From Lama guanicoe (Eukaryota): 64,000 nt of DNA. The notes beneath the pieces were generated by a model that saw only the letters and a list, made by a program, of their open reading frames with translations, searched no databases and was not told where the DNA came from. Positions 13,301 to 25,828 of this stretch are shown piece after piece. The translations under genes and the position numbers were made by a program. Location: the NCBI GenBank assembly GCA_013239625.1, contig MU053472.1, positions 682,001-746,000 of the forward strand, in the 5' to 3' direction. Each line of letters starts with the position of its first letter. Position 1 is the first letter of the stretch.

Positions 13301-14423
13301 TTGCTTGGGGAAAATTTCCTAGCATGAGAAAACAATATGTAACAGCAGATATGAACTAAGCAGATAACAGTACAGAACACACCACAGGAGAAACAAAATG
13401 AAGACACCACCAGCTTTCTGAAGATCCTTTTACAGATAACAGCTCTTCCTCCACTAAGGATATTTTAATACCCCGTGTTAAAGAGATCTCTGCTCTCTGC
13501 CTTAACAAATGCTGTGTTCTGGTCTCATTCAATTGAACCAAATGCAAATTTTTTTGAGCTCAAACTGGACAAGGGAAATGGAGGATTCAAGGATAAGCTA
13601 CAGCACTCAGATCCCCACCTTCTCCCCTCTTTATTAACACTGAGCTTTAATCCAGCGCAGGCACATGTGTGGAACGATAAACTGGACCCAAGAAACAATT
13701 AAGAAAAGAGAAGGGCTTCTCTCTCCAGATCCAGGCGTGGTAGGAATCACAGGTAGCATGGCCTCTGGGAGTAAGAAATCAAAAGGGCTACAAAATTTGT
13801 TGTGTAATTTTTTTTACCACGATTAAAAAGGGGTGGGGGGGTGGCGGCTGGGAAAGAAGCTAGTCGGGTATCAAAAAGCCAGTTTTATCCATATGGTTCA
13901 TAGGGCAGAAGCCTTAAGGGAGAGATTTTTCATTCATGTAATACTTCATCCTTCAACAGAGAAATAATCAGGAACTGTCTACCTCCTCTCTATATTATAT
14001 ATATAATATACATCAAAATGAACATGTCCTCTTCTGTTGATAAAAAGAGACACAAGTTTACTGTAAGAAAGTTTGAGTACTACAGAAATACAAAGAGCAG
14101 AAAGTCAAACATACTTTCCTCCACCCTGCCCAACAATAAGTGTGTGAAGAGTTTGGTGAGAATTGTTTCAGAGCTTCTTATTTTTTTTAGTGACAACTAA
14201 TATGAATGCATTCTCATGGCACGAGATGAGAGCAAAATAGAAACATAAGAAATAAAAGATTGAAAGTCTCCTTTCACCCCTTCCTCATCCCATTCCCTTC
14301 CCCATAGGTAAACATTTTAAATATTATTGATGTATGGTCTTTCCAGATATTTTCCTAAGCACTCTAACATGTACATACATATGTGTACATATAAACCTGT
14401 TTAATATTTTTTAAAGGCACTAC

Positions 14424-14604
14424 TTTTTTTTTATTGAGTTATAGCCAGTTTACAACGTTGTGTCAAATTCCAGTGTAGAGCACAATTTTTCAGTTATACA
14501 TGAACATACATATATTCATTGTCACATTCTTTTTTGCTGTGAGCTACCACAAGATCTTGTGTATATTTCCCTGGGCTATACAGTATAATCTTGTTTATCT
14601 GTTC
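14424..14604 (-). mobile_element. 5'-truncated young L1 3'UTR (same family as the 39.5-42.6 kb element) with target-site duplication
   Basis: Reverse complement aligns closely with 42354-42533. Flanking direct repeats taaaggcactac (14412-14423) and taaaggcaccac (14605-14616). Confidence 0.9.
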
Positions 14605-14619
14605 TAAAGGCACCACTTT

Positions 14620-15470
14620 TTTGATGATACATGTCTATTTACTCAAAAGTAGAATTATAATGTAGTATTCTGCGGTTTATTTTTTCCACCTAACATTATG
14701 TTAATACACAGAGCTCCACTTCCTCCTTTAACAGTATAATTACAACAGTATAACTAAGTGTAATAGTTGCTTATAATTACTTATAACATAAAAATGATTT
14801 TCTGTGATTTATTTAACGAGTTCCCTATTGACAGTCATTTGGATTGTTTCTTATTTTTCCCCCTTATAAACAATGTTGCAGTAAAGATCTTTGATACAAA
14901 AATATTTGCCAGCTTGCTATTTCCTTAGGTCAATTCCTAGAAGGGAATTTTTCTAAATCAACAGATACTATAATACCTTTAAAATTCTGAAACACAATGC
15001 CAAACAGCCCTCCAGAATGATTTAGCCAGTTATGTTCCCAACAACAGTATATGAAAATGTCTGTCTCCACACACCATCAATACTGCGGATTACCAATCTT
15101 ATAATGTCTTCCAAATTTAATATGAAAAAAACTCATTATTTTAATTTGCATTTTTTTGATTAAAGAGATTGACAGTCATTATGGTTTTTGGTTGTTCGTA
15201 ATTTTTCCTTTATGATTTCTAAGTTTGTTCGTTGACATGCTTTGCCCATTGTTACTAGGATATTCTTAGAGATTTGTAAAAATGCTTTACATAGTATTAT
15301 TACATAGTAATGTCATATTGTGAACCTTTCTGTCCAGTTTGTCATTTACTTAGAAATTTGTTTTTGCTGTCTTTCAATGTGACTTTTATGCAGTCAGATC
15401 TACTGATACTGTCCCTATGGCTTCTGGCCTTTGCATCATGCTTACAAAGTCCTTCTCTCCCTCAAAATCA
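14620..15470 (-). mobile_element. Degenerate L1ME-type relic
   Basis: 'ttccctattgacagtcatttggattgtttc...ataaacaatgttgcagtaaagatct...aattcctagaagggaat...tgccaaacagccctccagaa...attttaatttgcattt'. Confidence 0.7.
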
Positions 15471-15999
15471 TAAAAAACTCTTTATTCATACACGCACAGC
15501 AAGAAAAACATATCTGTAATTTAGCAAAACCAGAAATGTAGTATGCGTAGATATTGACGTGAAAGTTTCCTATTCCTCAGTATTTTAGGGTGGATAAAGT
15601 GGGACACCAAATAGCACAGCACTTGATGAGTTCCAGTTACGGAATTAACCAAACGAAAACAAAACAGGCCAAGCTATGACTGCCTCCTTCTTAAGATAAA
15701 GTAACACCACCTGCTGGCCCTGGAAGCTTTGATACTAGGAACAGAGAGAGATCTAATACCCACTCATTCTACCTGGAGTTAATCTGGCCTATTCAGAGCA
15801 TGAGCAGTAACGTGGGCGTCTGCCTTTGTATGAAACACAATGGGAATGGAGCGTACTTGTCAAAAACAGATGCTCACTTCTCCAGCTACAAGATTTTTAT
15901 TAAATTCCTTGTTAAGTGGCTAAACCAACTAGAAAACAATGCTGATAATGAGCAATCAGTCCACAAGGGATACCCTTTTTTCCCCCACAAATATCAAAG

Positions 16000-16410
16000 G
16001 CCACAAGGACTGCTACCCAACAAACACATTCCCAACCCATTCTCCCTTACCTACCTGCAGTGGCAACGTAACAGAGTTCTACCAGTGAGACATGAGAAGA
16101 AGGTTTTGGAGAGGATTCTGGGAAGCTTTTACTCTTCTGATGAAAGAAGATAGGTATGGCTGACACTACTCCTTTCCTCTTCTTCCTGCCTCGAATGCAT
16201 GCTTGATGGCTGAAGCTGCAGCAGCCACCTTGGGACCACAGGGGAAAGACCAAGAGATGTGGCCCTAAAACCATTAAGAAAGGAAAACCATTGCCCATAA
16301 TTACCTGCCACCCCTAGAATTATTCTGTCAAAAAAATAAAGTCCCATTTGCTTATGCTTCTGTAGTCAGGTTTTGTTTCTTGCAAACCAAGTCCAACATA
16401 ATCCTAAGTA
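16000..16410 (+). mobile_element. MaLR solo LTR, MLT1-type (old)
   Basis: Typical MLT1 segments 'tgatggctgaagctgcagcagccaccttgggaccacagggg' and 3' 'aataaagtcccatttgcttatg...gtcaggttttgtttcttgcaaaccaa'. Boundaries approximate. Confidence 0.7.
16206..16272 (-). ncRNA. MIR2909: Sequence orthologous to human pre-miR-2909 (AATF last intron); expression in this species unknown
   Basis: Minus strand GGTTTTAGGGCCACATCTCTTGGTCTTTCCCCTGTGGTCCCAAGGTGGCTGCTGCAGCTTCAGCCAT closely resembles hsa-mir-2909 as I recall it (mature GUUAGGGCCAACAUCUCUUGG). It is sense to AATF and lies about 2.8 kb after exon 11. Confidence 0.6.
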
Positions 16411-17049
16411 AGAAAGTCATTCTCAAATTATCTTTATGTCTAGGATATAGTAAACTCTCAAAAATTAACAGTGAATAAATAAGATTCTGGAAAGCTAAGT
16501 GTCCCGGAATATTAGGTGATTCAAGAAAAATCCCAACTAGGAATGATGATTGATTTCTAAATGATCTAGTGGTACTGTATTCTAAAGACGTCACTAATTT
16601 AAACTAGGTTTCACTATATGCCTGGGAGAATAATGTTACCTTAATGGATTGATTTTAGTTTTTAAGTACCTAGTTTTCCTTTCCTGTTGAAGTAATTTTT
16701 TCATGTCATCCTGGAAGCGAATCCAAGCAGCACTCATTTTACTCTATTATTTTTAAAAACAGACTAGATTTAGAAATGATTAAAAAAAAAAAAAAACCCA
16801 GCCAGACACAGGCATTCACTTGCAAGGCACAGCACACACAGCACATGAAGTCACAAAGATGCGAGTATAAATGTACTCAGAACCATCCATAAGCTGTTTT
16901 ATACTCAAAGCACTGAACAGAAGCAAACAAAAAATTAATCATTGTGTTCAATTAAATGTGCACATCTACGTTTCAAGCAAAGGTGGTGGGAATCTGATGG
17001 GATTTAGTAGGAAACCAAATACTTTCAAATAAAAAGGTTAAATGTAGTT

Positions 17050-17835
17050 TGAGAAAAGGGAACCCTTCTGCACTGTTGGTGAGAATGTAAATCGGTGTGG
17101 TCACTATGGAGAACAGTAATGGAGGGTCCTTAAAAAACTGAAAATAGAGTTACCAGATGATCCAGCAATCCCACTCGTGGACATATATCCAGAAAAGATG
17201 AAAACTGTAATTCGAAAAGATACGTGCATCCCAATATTCAAAGCCGCACTATTTATAACAGCCAAGACATGGAAGCAATCTAAATGTTCATCAACAGATG
17301 ACTAGATAAAGATATGGTATAAAGATGTGGTATGTATGTGTGTATGTACATACACACTGGAATACTACTCAGCCATAAAAAAAGAATAAAATAATGCCAT
17401 TTGCAGCAACACGGATGGACCTGGAGATTATCATATTAAGTGAATTAAGTCAGACAGAGAAAGACAAATATCATACGATATCACTTACATGTGGAATCTA
17501 AAAAAAAAAAACAAAGGAACTTATTTACAAAGAAGACTCCCAGACACAGAAAACAAACTTAAGGTTACCAAAGGGGAAGGGGGAGTGAGGAATAAATTAG
17601 GGATTTGGGATTAATAGATACACACTACTACATATAAAACAGACAAATAGCAAGGACCTACTGTATAGCACAGCAAACTATATTCAGTATTTTATAATAA
17701 CCTATAATGGAAAAGAATCTGAAAAAGAATATACATATATGTGTAAGTATGTATAACTGAATCACTTTGCCATATACCTGAAACACTGTAAATCAACTTA
17801 TATTTCAATAAATATAAAAAATTTTTTTAAAAAAG
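17050..17835 (+). mobile_element. L1 3' end (ORF2 C-terminus and 3'UTR), artiodactyl/L1MA9-like
   Basis: 'gagaaaagggaacccttctgcactgttggtgagaatgtaa...gatccagcaatcccact...atgccatttgcagcaacacggatggacctggagattatcatattaagtgaa' ending in 'ttcaataaa' and an A-rich tail. Confidence 0.92.
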
Positions 17836-17839
17836 CGAT

Positions 17840-18075
17840 AAGGGGGGGCATCCTTGCCTTGTACGTGATCTTTTGTGAAAGCTGTATCTTAGTAGGAAAG
17901 CTTCAAGTATGATGTTAAGCTGTACATTTTTGTAGATATTCTTTATCAAGCTGAGGAAATTTACCTTTATTCCTAGTTTACTGAGAGTTTTTAACATGAA
18001 TGGGTGTTATATTTTGTCAAGTGCTGATATGATTGTGTAATTTTTCTTTTTTAGCCTTTTAATGTAATGGAATTC
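17840..18075 (-). mobile_element. Old L1 ORF2 fragment (antisense)
   Basis: 'gggcatccttgccttgt...ctttatcaagctgaggaaatttacctttattcctagtttactgagagtttttaacatgaatgggtgtt'. Confidence 0.8.
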
Positions 18076-18149
18076 AAAAACTGTTTCTTGAATTATATCA
18101 AATCCTATCACAATATGATAGTATTAAACCTTTCAGAAAGGGAAAAAAA

Positions 18150-18545
18150 AAAAAGAGTTACCTCCTGTGCTAAGAGAGCCTAGAAACCATGACACCCAGG
18201 AACAATGAGCACCCCAGCGCCCAGATCTTGGTTTCTAAAATCCACAATCCACTAAAAAGAGTCAGGGATCCTTGGAGAAAGACTGACCCAAGGGCTGGAA
18301 CAGGGGAAATAGAAGATTAGCCTAGAACATCTTGTTGTGGCAGAAAGTGAGGAATTACTCAAGGAATGACTGGGGACATCTCAAAAGGACACAAGCCAAC
18401 TTGAAGGGGTTTCTATTAACCTGGGACAATTTTAAATCAAAATAAAGAATGATAGTAACAATTATAATTAATGAATAAAACAGGAAAGCATGAGGCCATA
18501 CTGATGAATAAATGAATGGTAAATAAATGAAAGAGAAGGGATATG
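18150..18545 (+). mobile_element. L1MC-type 3'UTR fragment
   Basis: 'aatgagcaccccagcgcccagatcttggtttctaaa...cctagaacatcttgttgtggcagaaagtgagg...caaaaggacacaagccaacttgaaggg'. Confidence 0.75.
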
Positions 18546-19079
18546 GCTAGATAGGTAATATTTTTTAAAACAGTTATCTCTGAACTGTAATATTATGAGT
18601 ATACTTTTTTTCTATACACATTTTCAGTTTCAGCTTTGTAAAATAAGCATGTACTTCTTTTGTAAAAACACTCAAAAAAAAAATCCTCAACAGCAGCCTG
18701 AACAAACACAACATAATGCACATCTCTAGAGCTATTTTAAAAGGGAGAGTATATGCATAAAACCCCCAAACACATAAAGCAAGTGCATGTGCTGTCCTAA
18801 CCCATCTGTCTGGTGAAGAGCTCAGATGTCCTAGGCAGATGGCTGCTAACGTTAAAAACAAACAAAAAACCACCAGAGGCAGCATTGAGATTTATGGAAA
18901 TTTTGTTTTGGTTCTACAGTAATTACAGGAGTGAAGAGATGTGACAAGGATCCTTGCTATGATGCCAATGACAAATGGTTACCTGATAAGAAGAAACGGA
19001 GAGGGTGACAGGCTGTAGAACAGGTCAATATCAGGCTGTCATGAAGCCATTTGAGACATATAATTAATCTATTACTCAC

Positions 19080-19151
19080 CTGGCATCATCATTCATTGTG
19101 GTATGGTCAATAGGCGCCATGAAGCTCAGTAGCTTGCTAAGGACGTGAAAC
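19080..19151 (-). CDS. AATF: AATF coding exon (exon 11 equivalent), 72 nt
   Basis: atttag|GTTTCA...TGCCAG|gtgagt; (R)[23 protein letters not shown](R). Confidence 0.97.
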
Positions 19152-20384
19152 CTAAATAAAGTAGGAAACAAGCAGGCAGCAACATTAGTAACTATTAACC
19201 TAGAAAAGGAAACACATCATAGGAGGTAACAAACTCCAGAACTGATCACAGGAATATCTGGCTCCAGAGTGGAACAGGGAACAATTCATAGACACACACT
19301 ACTCACAGCTACAAAAACCCTTTTTCCTTAATGCTAATGATAAAAGCACACTGTAAAGGACAGTAGTTCAGCACAGATCCATTTATATCACAGCTCAAAA
19401 AAACAGTAGATACACCTGTGCCCTTGAGCAATATATTACCCCTTAAATATCATTCCAGACAAAAGACGATGAGGACTTCACCACCCCATTTTCCCCTCCC
19501 GTACATACATCTTAATCATTTTTAGAGTCATTCAAGCTCCCTACTGGCAGCAGTGCAGGGAGCTGCGTAACGTCCGACTGGAACACCTCGGCACCACCAG
19601 CACTCACTAGCACTAGTTCCCTGAGTCAGAAAAGGCTCTAGAATGACCTCCACTCACTAGCTCCACTGAGTCTTTCACTTCCCCCATCTTTCAGTGAAGC
19701 ACACAACCGCGCACGTTACAAGTCTGGTCCCTAGATCTTCAGTCAAGGTGTTACAGAAATTTAAGGTACATCACCTCCATCTCCCACCAATAGGAAAAAA
19801 AGGGCATTTTTGAATGAAGTGTTTTCAGACCCTCTGGTGAAGGGGGCTGAACAAATATTTGACTTTATATACACTATATTATACCAAAGAGAATTCAAAG
19901 AAGGTATCCCTTTCTGTTCATTATAATAGAAGAGGTTGTATGACAACTTGGGCAAAACACTATCCACAAATATCCACAAACAAAAATATGATATAAATAT
20001 TTTCGTGTGTGTAATGTTTTAGTTTTAAAAACATTTATGTGTGAAAGAATTTGATTCTCTACTATAGTACCAAGAGGTAAGCCTCTCAAATTTCGTTTTT
20101 TTAAAAAAAGAATTTAAAAGAATAATAGTGATGAGATTTTTCCCATTTCAAGAATGATAGGAAAAGCATAAATTCATTACAGAAAATTTGGAAAACAAAC
20201 AATTGCAGCATACAGAAAAAATGCACATGAAGTTCCTCCACCTATAGATGACTGTTATTAATATTTTGGCTAGTTATGTTCATTTTATATAGTAATGCAT
20301 ACACACACACAAATTGGTATCCTCTTTTTTTCACTTAGCATTGTATCTCAATAGCTGTATTTTCGTATTTTTGAAGATTCATAT

Positions 20385-20512
20385 TTTATTTTTTTGAGGG
20401 GGCAGGTAATTAGGTTTATTTATTTACTTACTGGAGGTACTGGGGATTGAACCCAGGACCTCATGTATGCTAAGCACACACTCTTACCAACTGAGCTACT
20501 ATACCTTCCCCC
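20385..20512 (-). mobile_element. Camelid tRNA-derived SINE (Vic-1-like)
   Basis: Minus strand ggggaaggtatagtagctcagttggtaagag...aggtcctgggttcaatccccagtacctcc...taaataaacctaattacc plus A tail; pol III A and B boxes present. Confidence 0.88.
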
Positions 20513-21289
20513 ATATTGCTTTCTAATTCTTTACTTTTTGTAAGATGCAAAAATAAAATCTGTGACTCATACTTGTTTAAGTGTCTGTTATCTCCTAATT
20601 ATAAAAAGTACATAATTCTTATAAAAAGAATCCAAATTCAGAAGTGTATAGAAGGGACAAGTCCTCTGTAGTCCTATTCCCTAGAAATAATTACTGTTAA
20701 TTAAAACTGTTAAGTTTGTCTGTAGCATTTTCCATATGTATGATAAATATAAACAGTACAAACAAATATGTATTTTTCACATAAAATGAAATTGTAATAT
20801 ACTTAATATTCTGCATTATGCTTTTTTCCTCTGTCATATTCTATTCTTTTTCACAGATGCAGAACATTCTGTTGTGTCGATATAATTTGTTAAATTTCCT
20901 ATTGATGGGCATTTATATAGCCTGTCCACTTTAAAAACCACATTAAACAGTGCTAAATTGAAGATTCTTACATATAAACTATTGTATGTTCACACATTTC
21001 TATAGGATAAATTTTGAGATGTGAGATTGCTGATTAATCAAAAGGTAAACATATTTAAAGTGGAAAAACTAAGCCAAATGCCCTCCCAAAGGTTATGTTA
21101 ATGTATGAGAATACAAGTATTTACATAACCTTTTTATTTAGGTATAAGGTGTAAGTATGGTTGATAAATACATTTTAATGTCTTTAGGCTTTACTAAACT
21201 CTGCTGCCCATCTGAAAAAATGAATACTATCCTTGGCTATGTCCAAAGACAGATTTAATTCACCATCTAGACAAAGACTAGGAACTATA

Positions 21290-21600
21290 GTTGTGTTGTC
21301 CAATCCAGGAGTCACTGGCCACATGTGGCTACTGAGCACTTAAATCGTGGCAAATCTAAACTGAAATATGCCAAACTGGGATATGCACCAGATTTTGAAA
21401 ACTTGCGATAAAAAAAGGGAAAGTATATCATTAATAATTTTTAAAATAATAAATTGCTGAAATAATATTTTTATATATTGGGTTAAATGAAATATAGTAT
21501 TAAAATTAAGTTCACTTTCATTTCTTTTCCTTTTTAATTGTAGTTACTAGAACATTTAAAAATACATACGTAATAGGTATTTTTACTGGACGGCACTGCT
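21290..21600. mobile_element. hAT-Charlie MITE (MER33-like)
   Basis: 'gtgttgtccaat...ccacatgtggctactgagcacttaaat...ttactggacggcactgct' termini and an AT-rich core. Confidence 0.8.
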
Positions 21601-22409
21601 CTGTGGAATATCTTTACACTTTACAATAAATTCAATAACTATTAACTGCATAATGAAAGGCAGGCTTTAAGAAATAATCAGAGTAAAGACAATTTAGTAC
21701 TGTGTACCTAATACAATGCATTTCATCTAAGCTCAGTGCTACTAAGGATGGATGCGTGTTTCAGTATTAAAACACCTTTTACCAACCTCACCAAGAAGAG
21801 AAATAAAATTTTGTTGCAGAAGAACAAACACATCCAGTATGACATATCGTTATTATAGGCATGAGAGTTTAACTCATTTACATTATGAATTCTGCTTAAA
21901 TCATGATCAAATCCACTTACAGATAATGCTGAGTAAAATACTGATAATCAATAATTATTTCCCAAAACCAAAATATTTCTTTTTTAATCAGTTATTTTGT
22001 AGCATCCAACTAGCAAGCTGCCATGCCCAATCTGACCCGGATTGAAGCTACTGACCTACTATCATTTAAACTCCTGTTTCCATCAGGTAATGTTCATCTT
22101 TGCCGTGACATTTCTGAAAATCTTCTCTCTCCAACTCTATTACAAATAAAGAACAAAACTTGCTCACTGGTGGAACCCAGTATCAGTGATGACGGTTGGC
22201 ACACCTTACCAGCTCTTCTGGGGGTCTAATTTAAGGAAGTTACTTATGATATTCTCATCTAGCCTGGGCCACTTGTTAAATCCTTCAGGGCAGAATTCTG
22301 ATTGTAGCTAAGATATCATGTTGGGCTCTGGAATCAGATCAATTAGCTCAGATCTCACTTTGCTGCTTACTGGCTCTGTAACACTGTGAGTTATTTATCT
22401 TCTGTAAAC

Positions 22410-22612
22410 ACTTTACACGAATTAGCTAATTCAATCTGCCTAACAATCCTCTGAGATGTGACTTTTATTACCATACTCGGTTCACAGCAGATGAGGAAAC
22501 CAAAGCACAGATACCTAAAGCAACTTGCCCCAGGTCTCAAGGCTGGTAAGTGGAAGAGTCAGATTTCAAACCTGGACACTTTAGCATCAGAGCCTGTGCC
22601 TTTTCTAGCTCT
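22410..22612 (-). mobile_element. MIR SINE
   Basis: 'taacaatcctctgagatg...cagatgaggaaaccaaagcacaga...caacttgccccaggtc...cagatttcaaacctgg'. Confidence 0.8.
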
Positions 22613-22794
22613 GCATGTAAACTGCTCTGCAGTGACCGGCAGTAAGAGTTTCAGAAATGTTACCGCTATTGCTATAAATAAAGATCACGCTGAGTCTAAA
22701 CACATCCCACACATGCATGGTCACAAGGGGAGCCAGGTGAATATAGATGATAAAACTGTAAAACAATTCAAAGCACATGACCTTATTTATTACT

Positions 22795-23085
22795 TTTCTT
22801 TTTATTTCTTATTTTGCAATAATTTTAGACTTAGAGAAATAAGTTGCGAGAACAGTGCAGAGAGTCCATGTATACCCTCACTTAGCTTCCTCTAACGTTA
22901 ACAACTCACACGAATATAGTGTAATTATCAAAATTAGGAAATTAACATCAGTGCACTATTAACTAAACTATAAACCTTATTCAAATTTCACCCCTTTTTA
23001 CCCGAGGGTCCTTCTTCTTTCCGGGATCCTATCTAGGACCCAACACTGCACCTAGTTGCGGTGTCTCCTTAAGTCTCCTCCAAAC
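22795..23085 (-). mobile_element. L1MC-type 3' fragment
   Basis: 'ttattttgcaataattttagacttagagaaataagttgc...tataccctcacttagcttcctctaacgttaac...attatcaaaattaggaaattaacat'. Confidence 0.75.
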
Positions 23086-23892
23086 TTCTTCCTTGTTGCT
23101 CAGGCTTCCTTGTCTTTCAGTGACTCTACTACAGTCTACAGAATAAAATCCGAATTCTTAGCATGACCACGATCTAGCACCCACTTAGCCACACGGCCTC
23201 ATCTCCTGCCATTCCCCCACAACATTCACTTTAAGTCTTTGCCAAAACAAATGAACTGCAGTTCCTGAAAAGAAAGTGTACACTCTCAAGTCAAGCAACC
23301 ATTCTTCTTCTGGCCTTTTCCTAGACTAACTTCCTAGTCTGTTCAGTGTGAAGTGTGGGTGTTACAGCTTACAGAAAGTCTTACCTGGTGAGCGTTGTTA
23401 CTTTTACTGTCATAATCATCCAAAAACATTTCTGGCTTGTCTACAAGGCACTACAGTAGATATAAGGTTGGAACTGTCTTAATGGGTAAAGCAGGACAAC
23501 TCTTGCCCTGAAGGGGCACACCGATACAGCTACTGGCCCTCATAGTTTTAAAATTCACAATAATAATGTAGAAAAGGCATTTTTGGCCTCTCTCCATTCT
23601 TTTGATGAGCGTATATTAGCAACAGCAACGCCAACCGATGAACACGAGAGAAACTACAGAAACCAATGCTTCTGAATGCTTACTATGTACCAGATACATA
23701 CACATTAATCTTCAAACCAAATGTAAAAGTAGGGATTATTATCTCCACTTATTAAATGAGAAAAGTGAGGCTCAGAGAATAAAGAACAACCAAAATCATA
23801 CAGCCAGACAGAGCCAGTCTACTGATTTGACATCCTGGGATCCTTCCTCTAAAGAACATTTAAAGCCTCACAAAGCTGTTAATCACTTAACT

Positions 23893-24222
23893 AATTAATT
23901 AGAAGTATAGCTGATCTACAGTATTACATTAGTTTCAGGTATAACATAATGATTCAACATTTTTTATAGATCATACTCCATTGGAAGTTATTATAAAATA
24001 ATGGCTATATTTCCCTGTGTTGTACAGTAAGTCTTTGTTGCTTATTTATTTTATACATAGTAGTTTGTGTCTTGTAATCTATACCGTATCTCGCCTCACC
24101 TCTCCGCTTCCCTCTTCCCACTTGGTAACTACTAGTTTGCTTTCTGTTTTGTTACATACATTCATTTGTTTTATTTTTTTTAGATTCCCCATATAAGTGG
24201 TAACACAGTATTTGTCTTTCTC
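23893..24222 (-). mobile_element. L1MA9-like 3' end fragment
   Basis: 'aattagaagtatagctgatctacagtattacattagtttcaggtataacataatgattc...ggctatatttccctgtgttgtacag...tttagattccccatataagtggtaacacagtatttgtctttctc'. Confidence 0.85.
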
Positions 24223-24469
24223 AAAGCTATAATTTTAAAAGTACAGTGTTGGAGAAAAATCTGAAAGAATAGGTATGTATTCCTCCTGCTCAATTATCGA
24301 GTACCACTAGTAATGTTCTTCTTTATATGCTTACAGGAGTGAGGGGTGCAGAAGAAACAGGTACAAAAGAGGCATGTATGTGAGTGAGCAGGTAAATGAA
24401 CATTACCATAGGAGGCCCAGCCGGTCTTGGAATAAAAACAGCAATCCTAATGACAAGTAATGATGGCAA

Positions 24470-24705
24470 CCAGTACTTGCATCATGCGTTGTGCCTGGCA
24501 CTGTTCTAAAGGGTGGATATGTACTTACTCATTTAATCCCACGGCAACCCCACAAGGCTGGTACTAGTATCATCCACATTCTACAGATGAAGAAACTAGC
24601 ACGGGGAGGTTAAGGGTGTCGCTCAAAGTAACTACTAGTCAGTGCCAAAGCCGGGATTCAAACTCAGGCAGTCGGGCTCTCGAGCCCTGCTCCTAACCAG
24701 ACCGC
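24470..24705 (-). mobile_element. MIR SINE
   Basis: 'gcactgttctaaag...actcatttaatcccacggcaacccc...attctacagatgaagaaact...gccgggattcaaactcaggcagtcgggctc'. Confidence 0.85.
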
Positions 24706-25747
24706 TGAAAACAAACTTGGAGAAGGATGAGGATCTGGAAATTTCAACATATGAAAAAAGTTAAACTGTAACAATTTAACCTGAGATTTAAGAAAATGAC
24801 TTTCTATCAAAAGATGATGAAAAGCTGCTTTGCAGTTCTGCAAAGTTAAAGAAAAATAAGCATTTCTTGATGAGTTTTATTAAATACTAAAACAGGTTAA
24901 TTAAAGTAGTTAAATCTGCTTCTCTGAAGATATTTAAAAATGAGATAGATTCACATTTGTCTAAAGGGAATTTTATGACAGGCAGGCTCTAATAAGGATG
25001 TGGGATTAGCTATCTGCCTAAAAGTATTCTAACACAATGAGTTTAAGATTCTTTTCAATGTGCACCTGAATTACAAGCAGTTCCTTTGACACTGAGGCCC
25101 TGTGTGAGTGACGTTATGTAATATATAAAAACAGTTACAAGGGATCTAAGTCTAAGAGCACAGCACTGTCACTTCCACTCTTGTCTTTCTTTTGTCTCCA
25201 CACTTAGGAAACGCCTTCAAGAGCTCGTGGGGTGGAGGGCTTTCTTACACTCAGAAATTTCTCTGTTTTCTCATAAAAATTCTACTCCTTGTCTCATGTA
25301 AGCAGTGTTAACATTCTCTGGAATCCTTCATTTATATCTTTTTAGCATACTGGGTCTGTGTATGGCATCACAAAAATGGACCAATATAATTCTATTCTAA
25401 ATAAGACCCCAAAATACAATTTGTATATTGTTCTGTAGAAATCACTTTTTAAAACTAAGGCAATATCATCTGTCTTGACTTGCATTCTTATTGTTTCTCT
25501 TTCAGGGAAATTCAAGTATTATTTAACCTATCCATTCACAACAGCAGAACAAAAAGTAACTTAAACTATCTTTCCAGTTCAGAGTAATAAAAACGGAGTC
25601 TCAAAAAAGCCTCAGATATTGTCTTAGTTATTTTTCTGTTCCTTAAAAACAGAATCATTGGAGGAAATAGAAAAATGACATAACAGCCAACAAGAGAAGA
25701 GATGCCAACAAACAATGTTAACATTTTTTTTCTGAAAAGTAACTCAC

Positions 25748-25828
25748 CGAAGTTTCCTTCCTTTGCTGGCTTTCCTATCTACTTTCTTGTGGATTTTACT
25801 TCGTAACTTCTGGATTGCGAGCCACTGC
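25748..25828 (-). CDS. AATF: AATF coding exon (exon 10 equivalent), 81 nt; basic NLS-like segment
   Basis: tcccag|GCAGTG...ACTTCG|gtgagt; (R)[26 protein letters not shown](R). Confidence 0.97.

Noticed and set aside
18870..18886. CTCF-like ccaccagaggcagca (also 29561-29577 and 61297-61314)
   Set aside because: Mismatches or spacing errors in the core; too weak without a PWM scan or ChIP data.
1..19079. Terminal AATF exon and 3'UTR
   Set aside because: I found no sequence encoding TELYRSLFG; it presumably lies beyond the left edge.
20385..20512. tRNA-like sequence with A and B boxes (also at 56052 and 57719)
   Set aside because: A-tail, TSDs and multiple diverged copies indicate a SINE, not a tRNA gene.
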